Source: Dehalococcoidia bacterium
GTDB taxonomy: Bacteria > Chloroflexota > Dehalococcoidia > UBA2979
Reading direction: 5' to 3'
Length of the DNA stretch: 64,000 bases
Assembly: GCA_029246995.1 (NCBI GenBank)
Contig: JAQWMB010000027.1
Coordinates: 107,072 to 171,071 of the forward strand
A program made the translations under genes and the position numbers. This document shows positions 17,229-24,987 of the stretch, one piece after another. The stretch's first letter is position 1. Each line of letters begins with the position of its first letter. The notes beneath the pieces were generated by a model, which had not been told where the DNA came from, did not search any database, and was given only the letters and a program-made list of their open reading frames with translations.

Positions 17229-19517
17229 ATGGTATCATCTGCAAATCTTGGTTTTCCGCGAATCGGAACAAATCGTGAGCTTAAGAAAGCTGTTGAGGGC
17301 TATTGGACAGGTAAGAATGACTTAGATGCCCTTTTACTAACTGCAAAAAATATTCGTATCGCTAATTGGGAACTACAGTTAAATGCAGGGATAGATCATA
17401 TCCCTTCCAATGATTTCTCCATGTATGATCAGATGTTAGATACTGCTATCATGCTTGGTGCAATACCACAGAGATTTGCAAAAGAATCATTTAATTCAAA
17501 AGAAGAGTTGTATTTTGCTATGGCAAGAGGCCTACAAACTGATTTCATTGATGTGAAGCCACTAGAGATGACTAAGTGGTTTGATACTAATTATCATTAT
17601 TTAGTACCTGAAATATCAAAAGATACATCTTTTGTACTTCAAGCAGATAAAATTTTAGATGAATATAACGAAGCAAAGGCAATAGGAATTAATACCAGAC
17701 CTGTAATCATAGGGCCTATGACTTTTTTGATGTTAAGCAAATTTGTTGAAAATGATACAACTTTAACTACTAGTTTAGAGCAGTTAGTTCCAATATATAT
17801 TGAGTTACTTAATTTACTAGCAGAAGAAGGATGCGAATGGGTACAGATTGATGAACCTATTTTAGTAACTGATCTGAATGTAGACCAAAAAATAAGTTTT
17901 CAACGAGCATATGATCTAATTAGTAAAAAAACTTCCATTAAAAAAATGCTCACTACATATTTTGGTTCTATTCATGAAAACTTGAGTTTATTAAAAGATT
18001 TGAACATTCAAGGCCTACATATTGATTGTGTGTTAGGGGAAAAGAATCTTGATATTAAACTTGATGAATTACCAAAAGATATTATTTTATCTTTAGGAGT
18101 TATTAACGGTAGAAATATTTGGATCAACGATCTTACTAATTCTATATCTATAATTAATAAGTTTATAGATACAATTGGTGTAGATAGAGTGATTGTAAGC
18201 TCGTCTTGTTCTTTATTGCATAGTCCAATTGATTTAACTATTGAAGATAGTTTAGACGAAGAAATTAAAGATTGGATGGCATTTGCTAAAGAGAAAATAA
18301 CAGAAATTAATTTACTGAGCACATACTTTAATGGTCGGAATGTCCAAGATTCGATTGATGAGAATTTGAAGCATATTAGTAATAGAAAGACTTCTGCAAA
18401 AGTTAATAATCTAAGTGTTCAAAATAGATTAAATGAAGTTTCTCCTGAAATGAAAAAAAGGAATTCTAATTATTCAGTTCGTGCATTAAAGCAAAGTGAG
18501 ATATTAAATTTACCTCTTTTACCTACAACCACTATTGGTTCTTTTCCACAAACAAAAGAAGTGCGTCAAATGCGTGCTAAAGCTAAGAAAGGTCTTATTT
18601 CTCATAAAGAGTATGATGAATTCTTATTGTCATCTACAAGAGATGTAATTGAATTTCAAGATAGTATTGGCTTGGATGTATTGGTACATGGCGAATTTGA
18701 AAGAAATGATATGGTAGAGTATTTTGGCGAGAAACTTGAGGGTTTTATTTTTAGTAAAAATGGGTGGGTTCAAAGTTATGGCTCTAGATGTGTTAAGCCA
18801 CCAATAATTTTTGGAGATATTTCTAGAGAAGAAGCAATGACAATAGATTGGATTAAAAAAGCACAGTCATTCACTGACAAACATGTTAAAGGGATGCTTA
18901 CCGGCCCAGTTACAATTTTACAGTGGTCATTCGTGCGCGATGATCAACCCTTGCAAGTGACTTGTGAACAAATTGCTCTTGCAATTAGAGATGAAGTTAG
19001 CGATCTCGCTGATAATGATATAAAAATTATTCAAATAGATGAACCGGCTCTCCGTGAAGGATTGCCATTAAGAAAGATGGAACAAATTGATTATTTAAAT
19101 TGGGCAGTTGATTGCTTTAAATTGTCTTCTTCAGGTGTGCCAGATATAGTGCAAATACATACTCATATGTGCTATGCAGAGTTTAATGAAATTATGGATG
19201 CAATTATTAGTCTGGATGCAGATGTTATTTCCATTGAAGCATCTCGATCTTCAATGGAGCTTTTAGCTGCTTTTTCAGCTAATGATTATCCGAATGAAAT
19301 AGGTCCTGGAGTGTATGATATACACAGCCCTCGCACCCCATCCGTTAATGAAATGGTTAAATTAATTAATAATTTACGTACTCATCTTGTTGCTGATCGT
19401 TTATGGATTAATCCTGATTGTGGCTTAAAAACTAGAGGATGGGATGAAGTTAAGACTTCGTTAACCAATATGGTATTAGCTTCATTAGCTGTTAGAAAAG
19501 AATTAGAAAAAAGTTAG
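17229..19517 (+). CDS. metE: Cobalamin-independent methionine synthase
   Basis: NLGFPRIGTNRELKKAVEGYW, TTIGSFPQT, DEPALREGLPL, HTHMCY, NPDCGLKTR. GGAG Shine-Dalgarno site precedes the ATG at 17229. Confidence 0.95.
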   Translation: MVSSANLGFPRIGTNRELKKAVEGYWTGKNDLDALLLTAKNIRIANWELQLNAGIDHIPSNDFSMYDQMLDTAIMLGAIPQRFAKESFNSKEELYFAMARGLQTDFIDVKPLEMTKWFDTNYHYLVPEISKDTSFVLQADKILDEYNEAKAIGINTRPVIIGPMTFLMLSKFVENDTTLTTSLEQLVPIYIELLNLLAEEGCEWVQIDEPILVTDLNVDQKISFQRAYDLISKKTSIKKMLTTYFGSIHENLSLLKDLNIQGLHIDCVLGEKNLDIKLDELPKDIILSLGVINGRNIWINDLTNSISIINKFIDTIGVDRVIVSSSCSLLHSPIDLTIEDSLDEEIKDWMAFAKEKITEINLLSTYFNGRNVQDSIDENLKHISNRKTSAKVNNLSVQNRLNEVSPEMKKRNSNYSVRALKQSEILNLPLLPTTTIGSFPQTKEVRQMRAKAKKGLISHKEYDEFLLSSTRDVIEFQDSIGLDVLVHGEFERNDMVEYFGEKLEGFIFSKNGWVQSYGSRCVKPPIIFGDISREEAMTIDWIKKAQSFTDKHVKGMLTGPVTILQWSFVRDDQPLQVTCEQIALAIRDEVSDLADNDIKIIQIDEPALREGLPLRKMEQIDYLNWAVDCFKLSSSGVPDIVQIHTHMCYAEFNEIMDAIISLDADVISIEASRSSMELLAAFSANDYPNEIGPGVYDIHSPRTPSVNEMVKLINNLRTHLVADRLWINPDCGLKTRGWDEVKTSLTNMVLASLAVRKELEKS

Positions 19518-19524
19518 TCAGATT

Positions 19525-20373
19525 TTATAATTTAATTTCTTTAGCAATCTTATTCCCTAAGTTTAAATTATTCATTGTATACAAATGAATACCTGGTGCG
19601 CCATTTGCAATCAATTTTTCTGCAAGCTTTACAGTAATTTCAGTGGCAAATTCTTCAGATTCTTTTCTAGTACCAAGCTTTTCTAATTTGTCTTTAATGC
19701 TCTTTGGTAATCTTGATCCATTAATTTTACTCATTTTGATTAATGATGCTAAATTTGTTGGAGGCATAAGCCCAGGTATTATTGGCGTTGTTACATTGTA
19801 TGCATTTAATTTTTCGATAAATTGTAAATATATTTCAGCATCAAAAAAAAATTGAGTTATAGCAAAGTCTGCTGAGTTAATTTTTTTTTGTTGGTAATAT
19901 AAATCAGACTTTTGATCTATTGCGTCGGGATGTCCTTCAGGATGAGCTGCTACAGCAATATCTAAATTATCATCCTGCCTTAAATAATTAACTAGCTGTA
20001 AGGCATTTTTAAAATCTTTTGCATCGATTGCATTGCTTATTTCAGGTAAATCACCTCTTAATGCAAGTATATTTCGTAGATTCATTCTTTTATACATATT
20101 AATAATGGTCTCAATTTCATGTTGAGTATGTGTAATGCAAGTTAAATGAGGCATGACTGGAAATGTTGTTTCTTCGGCAATATTTTTAACAATAATATCT
20201 GTCGGGCCACTATTTTTATTTATACTATAAGTTACCGATACAAATGATGGAGTGAATTCGTTAAGCTTTTTGATAGATTCGAGGAGTTTTTCTTGTAAGA
20301 ACTGTTCTTTAGGTGCAAAAAATTCAAAAGATATAGTTTTTTGTTTAGACAATAGTTTGCTAATACTCTGCAT
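19525..20373 (-). CDS. metF: Methylenetetrahydrofolate reductase
   Basis: SFEFFAPK, HLTC, ALRGD, AAHPEGHP, TQFFFD. Confidence 0.92.
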   Translation of the reverse strand: MQSISKLLSKQKTISFEFFAPKEQFLQEKLLESIKKLNEFTPSFVSVTYSINKNSGPTDIIVKNIAEETTFPVMPHLTCITHTQHEIETIINMYKRMNLRNILALRGDLPEISNAIDAKDFKNALQLVNYLRQDDNLDIAVAAHPEGHPDAIDQKSDLYYQQKKINSADFAITQFFFDAEIYLQFIEKLNAYNVTTPIIPGLMPPTNLASLIKMSKINGSRLPKSIKDKLEKLGTRKESEEFATEITVKLAEKLIANGAPGIHLYTMNNLNLGNKIAKEIKL

Positions 20374-20403
20374 TGATTTTCCTATACTTCTTTATTTTAT
20401 TTA

Positions 20404-21369
20404 TTAAATTTTAAAATTAAAATTACTTAGTACTTTTTTGGCTGCGCCTTCACATAGTCCATCTCTTTCTTCATTGCTAAATATGACCCCATACTTTTTA
20501 CCCCAATCTGGTAAATTTCTTGCAATATCAGACCAGGTGAGTGTATTTTGAGTTGCTTCACTGCCAACCATGGGTAGGTCTGTACCCCATACAATTCTAT
20601 CTGGGCCCATTGCATCAAAAAACACTCTTAGTACTTTCATCAATTGAGGTAAGTTATCATCATCAACAGCATTTAGTACTTGCCAGTCACAAATATCTAA
20701 CCATACATTAGATTTTCCATATGCTGCTTGTAATCCTCTCCAGTATGCGCCTGTTTCAAAAGGTGCTTGAAGATTGACATGCCCTAACATAATTCGAAGG
20801 TCTGGGTATTTTCTTGCTACTAGCTCTACCCATTCAGGCCATGCCCAAATATTTCCTCCAGTATGAATTAAAACTGGAACATCTAATTCAATAGCTTTTT
20901 CATACATTGGAAAACATACTTCATCATTAGCTTGATAACCATGAGGTGGATAGACTTTCAATCCGATTGCTCCTAAGTTTTTGACACACTCTTCAAAAAA
21001 TTTTACTGCACGAGGTCTCCTAGGGTCGACTCCACAAAACCATGCAAGTTTATCTGAGTGCGCATTACATACTTCAGCAGTTTTTTCATTTATTTGTTGA
21101 ATAGAAATTTGATTATCTTCATCAGGGCCATAACCCATACCCATGTCATTGCAAAGTACAACAGAAAAATCGATATTATATTTATCCATTTCAGATATCA
21201 TCCAATTTCCTGAACTATCAAAAACTGGAGATTGCTCTGCTCTTTGTAATACTTCTTCTATGGTTCTATTTGTTCGAATAGCTCTTAGTTTATTGAATTC
21301 TTTTAAGTGACTAGGTGGGAACCAATCAAATGCCCAGTGATGTCTGTGTATATCAATTAACTTCGTCAT
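20404..21369 (-). CDS. Amidohydrolase_2 family protein (paralogue type of 12582-13451)
   Basis: IDIHRHHW (HxH), VLIHTGG, MLGHVN, VWGTDLPM. Confidence 0.78.
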   Translation of the reverse strand: MTKLIDIHRHHWAFDWFPPSHLKEFNKLRAIRTNRTIEEVLQRAEQSPVFDSSGNWMISEMDKYNIDFSVVLCNDMGMGYGPDEDNQISIQQINEKTAEVCNAHSDKLAWFCGVDPRRPRAVKFFEECVKNLGAIGLKVYPPHGYQANDEVCFPMYEKAIELDVPVLIHTGGNIWAWPEWVELVARKYPDLRIMLGHVNLQAPFETGAYWRGLQAAYGKSNVWLDICDWQVLNAVDDDNLPQLMKVLRVFFDAMGPDRIVWGTDLPMVGSEATQNTLTWSDIARNLPDWGKKYGVIFSNEERDGLCEGAAKKVLSNFNFKI

Positions 21370-21581
21370 TTTTAAGCTCCATAATTTTCACGAATTATAA
21401 GTATATTAGATGTTGCATCAATCTATGAATAAAATGTTTGCCTTTTTGAATATAATTTATTTTTATTTCACAACTATGAGTTTTGTATATTTGTAATTCA
21501 CTCTAGAAACTTTCTCTTTTATCCATATACTAATTCACTTGAATGGGCTATTGTATAACCAGGTTTTGAAAGGAGAGAACA

Positions 21582-21782
21582 ATGGCTTATACACATGAAA
21601 ATTCTCGAGGCCAAACTTATTACTTACACTCACGTGTTACTAATTTAAGAGGTGGTAGACAGCAAAGGATTTATTTTTTTGCAAAGACCATTAAAGACGA
21701 TGCTATTGATGCTGTTCCAGATGGTTATATAGTTTCTGAAAATCAAAGAACTGGCCTTCCTTTGTTAAAAAAGGATAGATAA
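21582..21782 (+). CDS. Small basic hypothetical protein (66 aa)
   Basis: AGGAGAG Shine-Dalgarno site 4 nt upstream of the ATG. Followed by an intrinsic terminator. Confidence 0.6.
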   Translation: MAYTHENSRGQTYYLHSRVTNLRGGRQQRIYFFAKTIKDDAIDAVPDGYIVSENQRTGLPLLKKDR

Positions 21783-21810
21783 ACACTAATTCTTTTGATT
21801 ATTCCATTCT

Positions 21811-21846
21811 AAGATAGATTATTTTCTATCTTGTTTGTTTTTTTTA
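21811..21846 (+). terminator. Rho-independent terminator of the 66-aa gene
   Basis: AAGATAGA-ttatttt-TCTATCTT hairpin followed by gtttgttttttttt. Confidence 0.7.
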
Positions 21847-21902
21847 TAAAAAAATCAGCGAAGATAACTGATATTTTATTAGTTACATTCGCTGATTTTT
21901 TA
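21847..21902. terminator. Bidirectional intrinsic terminator between convergent genes
   Basis: 10-bp perfect stem AATCAGCGAA (21853-62) / TTCGCTGATT (21888-97) with an inner TAACT/AGTTA extension. A-run upstream and T-run downstream. Confidence 0.7.
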
Positions 21903-21942
21903 TAAAAATTACTTCAGCTTTAGCTCTTTTAATAGATTGAAG

Positions 21943-22143
21943 CTAATAGATTGAAGCTCTTTTAATTGTCGATTTGTTTCTTTGGGAGTATCCAAGATAT
22001 TCTGCGCTTGCTTCTCTCTTCGGTGAAAGCGGGGTTGGCCAAAATATTTTTACACTTGCTTCGGCTTTTGGAATAATCGCCTGACTACCGCTCCAACCTC
22101 TTGCACTTGGTCCACCATAATTCACATAATATTTGTTACTCAT
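21943..22143 (-). CDS. Small ORF (66 aa) overlapping the nitrilase stop; C-terminus resembles an excisionase/MerR-type HTH
   Basis: The ATG lies inside GATGAGTAA of the nitrilase end (8-nt overlap). REASAEYLGYSQRNKSTIKR resembles the EAAEYLGVS-x-STIYR HTH. Visibly more G+C-rich than its flanks. Confidence 0.45.
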   Translation of the reverse strand: MSNKYYVNYGGPSARGWSGSQAIIPKAEASVKIFWPTPLSPKREASAEYLGYSQRNKSTIKRASIY

Positions 22144-23122
22144 CTTTGTCTCCGTTCATGAAGTTAATAGAACTACTTCTACTATGATTAACTTTTAATT
22201 GAAAAATGTCAAATCGATTATATCCACCACTTATGTCATGGAATTGTTTGGCTTTGATGCAATCATTCAGATCAATGGTAGTGTAGAGTATCCCCTCTTG
22301 ATTAGATAGATACTTTCCTTCTATTTCCCCAGATGGGTTAAATACTGCAGAAATTGCTGGAGGTGTATTTTTTAAAATATTAAGATTTTTCACTTTATAT
22401 TTTTCTAAAATTGAATAAGTTGTTTTATCTATAAATCCTGATGCAACTAAATTAAATACTTTTCCTTCAAATGCGTGTGCTCCAGCACGCATTTTGATCG
22501 TTGCTTCTAAATTGTATTGTCCATTCTTACTTGTCTGGGTTGGCCATTTTGCTGGATATGACGAGATATGTATTTGTTCACCTTGTGCAATTAAACTATA
22601 TTTTGCTAATGAATTCGTATTTTCTCCACAAATAAGCATGCCAATATTACCTATTTTCGTTTTTTTAACTTTTAACCCTGCGCCGTCACCATTGGACCAT
22701 GTAAGTTTTTCATAAAATGTTGGAACAATTTTTCTATGATGATTTAAGATATTGCCCTTTTCACTAATTATGATGTTGGAGTTCCACAATGTTCCATTGC
22801 TTGCAGATGATTTTTCATTAAAACCCATTGATACAATAATATTGTTCTCTTTAGCAATCTTTTTCAATTTTTTTATTTCTATTGAATCTATTGCAATAGA
22901 ATTTTCATAAAGTTTCAAAAATAATTGATGGCTTTGTAATGGTGAATTTATCGCATTCCAGTATGGAAAACCTGGCAGGAATGCTTCAGGAAAAATAATA
23001 ATTTGCGCATTCTTTCCTGCAGCCTCTTTAATGAGTGATATGGATTTTTCTAATGTCTTCTCTAAATTTAGATATTCTGATGCTACATGTGCAACTGCTG
23101 TAATTATTTTGCTATTTTTCAT
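22136..23122 (-). CDS. Nitrilase / carbon-nitrogen hydrolase superfamily enzyme
   Basis: Glu-Lys-Cys triad contexts FPEAFLPG, HHRKIVPT and MLICGENT. Confidence 0.88.
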   Translation of the reverse strand: MKNSKIITAVAHVASEYLNLEKTLEKSISLIKEAAGKNAQIIIFPEAFLPGFPYWNAINSPLQSHQLFLKLYENSIAIDSIEIKKLKKIAKENNIIVSMGFNEKSSASNGTLWNSNIIISEKGNILNHHRKIVPTFYEKLTWSNGDGAGLKVKKTKIGNIGMLICGENTNSLAKYSLIAQGEQIHISSYPAKWPTQTSKNGQYNLEATIKMRAGAHAFEGKVFNLVASGFIDKTTYSILEKYKVKNLNILKNTPPAISAVFNPSGEIEGKYLSNQEGILYTTIDLNDCIKAKQFHDISGGYNRFDIFQLKVNHSRSSSINFMNGDKDE

Positions 23123-23148
23123 CTTGGATTCTTTCCTTTTAGCTTTAT

Positions 23149-24663
23149 CTATGTATTTACTAGGTCGCTATATCGCGGATATCCACTTAATCTTGGCTGC
23201 CAAGTCAATCCACTCATTTTATTTTTATGCAATATATTAAATCCTGGCTGAACAATTGGTATCCATGGTAATTCATTAGCTAAAATATTTTGAACATTAT
23301 CATACATTTTTATTCGCTCAGTGTAATTGATTGTTTTTTTTGCTTCTGAAAATAATCTATTGACCTCTTTGTTATTATAGTTTGTCCAATTTGTTATGCC
23401 ATGTCTTTTATCTCCAAAATCATGCGGCAAGACATATCCAATTTCGTTGCATCTGTATAAATCTTTATCTAAAGCTATCTCAAAATCATTATTCATCTGT
23501 TTTAATTTAAATATTTTTCTAGGCAGTAATTGGATATTAAATTTAATATTTATCACACTTGCTGCCTCTTTAATCATTGATGCAATTTCTATACATTCTT
23601 CACTGGAGTTATCTACAATGAGGTCAAAAATTAAATTATCGTAATCCACTTTGCTCATTATGGCTTTGGCTTGATTAATATTTTCTTTGCCTAATCCTAG
23701 TATCTTTGCGCCCTTCACGCTTAATGGGACAAGCCCTGTCCACGCAGCTGCATGATCTCCATATACTGATTTGATAATTTTTTGATATGGGATACTTAGG
23801 CTAATAGCTTTTTTTATATTAATATCTATTGAAGACTTAGCCTTACTTGATATTTGTAAAGCAATCCTTGTATTGCCTGGTGCTGAATACAAACTAATAT
23901 TTCTATGATTGCTTGTTCCAATGATTTCATTTTGCGTTGGATTAAAGATTAGATCGATTTCATTGCTTATTAATGCTTGCATTCTATCTTCATTTGGCAT
24001 GAGCAAGTAGTTAATTTCTTTGTAGATAATATTTTTATCCCAATGTCTTTCATTGTTTGTAAGTTGAATATGATGATTATCAAATTTATTAATCTTGTAT
24101 GGACCAAATCCATGATTATATATTTCATTGCTTTCCCCTGAATAATAATGATTACTAACAATTGGAGGCACCATCATTGTTAGTAAGTGAGGGAATAGTA
24201 AATTTGGTTCTTCTAAATTAAATTCTAAGGAAGCATTGTTAATAATTTTTATACAAGACTCCTTTCGAGGTACGGAACCCATCATTGCAACCCATCTTCC
24301 TATTTGTCTTTTTTCAAAAGCATGCAACCAACTTGCCATTACATCTGCTGAAGTTAGTTGTAAACCATGAGCATTGAATGTTTCTTTTAAATCAATCTTA
24401 TACTTCGTCCCGTCCTGATTCATTTTAATAGATGACCCTAGTAATCCCTGTAAGTCATTTAATAAAAATACTTCCTGTTTTTCATAATAGTTAGCGTCGT
24501 ATTTGAAAAGAGGTTCAAATAGTTGCACGATGATGTCATGAGTGACACTAGGTTTATTTGGATCGTAATTATCCGGGTTAATTTGTTCAAGATTTGGTAA
24601 TTTTGAGGCAGCAATATTTAACGTTTTATTATCTGTCATTTTATTTTTTTGGAATTTGAACAT
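23149..24663 (-). CDS. Family-5 (peptide/nickel-type) solute-binding-protein homologue without signal peptide
   Basis: SBP_bac_5-like length and pattern (LNIAAS...INPDNYD...IIVQLFEPLFKYD). No hydrophobic leader or lipobox. Only 37 nt separate it from the tRNA. No permease genes nearby. Confidence 0.7.
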   Translation of the reverse strand: MFKFQKNKMTDNKTLNIAASKLPNLEQINPDNYDPNKPSVTHDIIVQLFEPLFKYDANYYEKQEVFLLNDLQGLLGSSIKMNQDGTKYKIDLKETFNAHGLQLTSADVMASWLHAFEKRQIGRWVAMMGSVPRKESCIKIINNASLEFNLEEPNLLFPHLLTMMVPPIVSNHYYSGESNEIYNHGFGPYKINKFDNHHIQLTNNERHWDKNIIYKEINYLLMPNEDRMQALISNEIDLIFNPTQNEIIGTSNHRNISLYSAPGNTRIALQISSKAKSSIDINIKKAISLSIPYQKIIKSVYGDHAAAWTGLVPLSVKGAKILGLGKENINQAKAIMSKVDYDNLIFDLIVDNSSEECIEIASMIKEAASVINIKFNIQLLPRKIFKLKQMNNDFEIALDKDLYRCNEIGYVLPHDFGDKRHGITNWTNYNNKEVNRLFSEAKKTINYTERIKMYDNVQNILANELPWIPIVQPGFNILHKNKMSGLTWQPRLSGYPRYSDLVNT

Positions 24664-24700
24664 CTATAACAACTGGAATATTTTTTTTCATTGTTCTTTC

Positions 24701-24791
24701 TGGCGGAGGAGGTGGGATTCGAACCCACGGTACATTATAAATGCACGACTGTTTTCAAGACAGTTCCCTTAAACCACTCGGGCACCCCTCC
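24701..24791 (-). tRNA. tRNA-Ser (anticodon UGA), type II with long variable arm, CCA encoded
   Basis: Reverse complement is GGAGGGGTGCCCGAGTGGTTTAAGGGAACTGTCTTGAAAACAGT-CGTGCATTTATAATGTACCG-TGGGTTCGAATCCCACCTCCTCCGCCA. Anticodon loop is CTTGAAA. Confidence 0.93.
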
Positions 24792-24798
24792 AAAAAAA

Positions 24799-24827
24799 AT
24801 TGTACTGGCAACTTAATTAAATTGAAA
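24799..24827 (-). promoter_or_regulatory. Putative sigma70-type promoter for tRNA-Ser
   Basis: On the minus strand: TTTCAA, 17 nt, TACAAT, ending 7 nt upstream of the tRNA 5' end. Confidence 0.35.
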
Positions 24828-24987
24828 GAGTTGATTGTATTTAGATATTAATTTTTTTTTAATGCCGACTGTTCGTTTTTGTGATAGTAAAATACTATTT
24901 GTTATATTATTAAGCAAATAATGGAAATTATATTTGTGTTTATTATATTATGTTCCAATGTTATAATTTTACAAAAGAAAGCTATTC

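Noticed and set aside
21961-22140. A structured ncRNA on the plus strand (two CUUCGG motifs, GGGGUUGG/CCAACCUC complementarity).
   Set aside because: The complementary segments are arranged X-Y...X'-Y' (not nested). I recognise no known RNA family signature, and nothing lies downstream on the plus strand for it to regulate. The coding explanation on the minus strand is at least as good. It is mentioned under the small-ORF finding only.
24664-24691. Upstream mini-ORF (MKKNIPVVIDVQIPKK) after an A8 run, as a possible frameshifted signal peptide of the SBP homologue.
   Set aside because: It is out of frame with the SBP, lacks a hydrophobic core or lipobox, and ends after 16 codons. It does not resemble a signal peptide even after a 1-nt correction.
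24701-24791. Whether the long-variable-arm tRNA could be tRNA-Sec serving the TGA-containing gene.
   Set aside because: The anticodon loop is CTTGAAA (anticodon UGA, reading UCA Ser), not UCA. The acceptor stem is a normal 7 bp. It is tRNA-Ser.
21943-24791. A genomic island integrated at tRNA-Ser (tRNA, odd SBP, nitrilase, excisionase-like HTH remnant, terminators).
   Set aside because: There is no integrase, no recognisable direct repeat of the tRNA 3' end at the far boundary, and the SBP and nitrilase composition looks native. Only the small ORF is compositionally odd.
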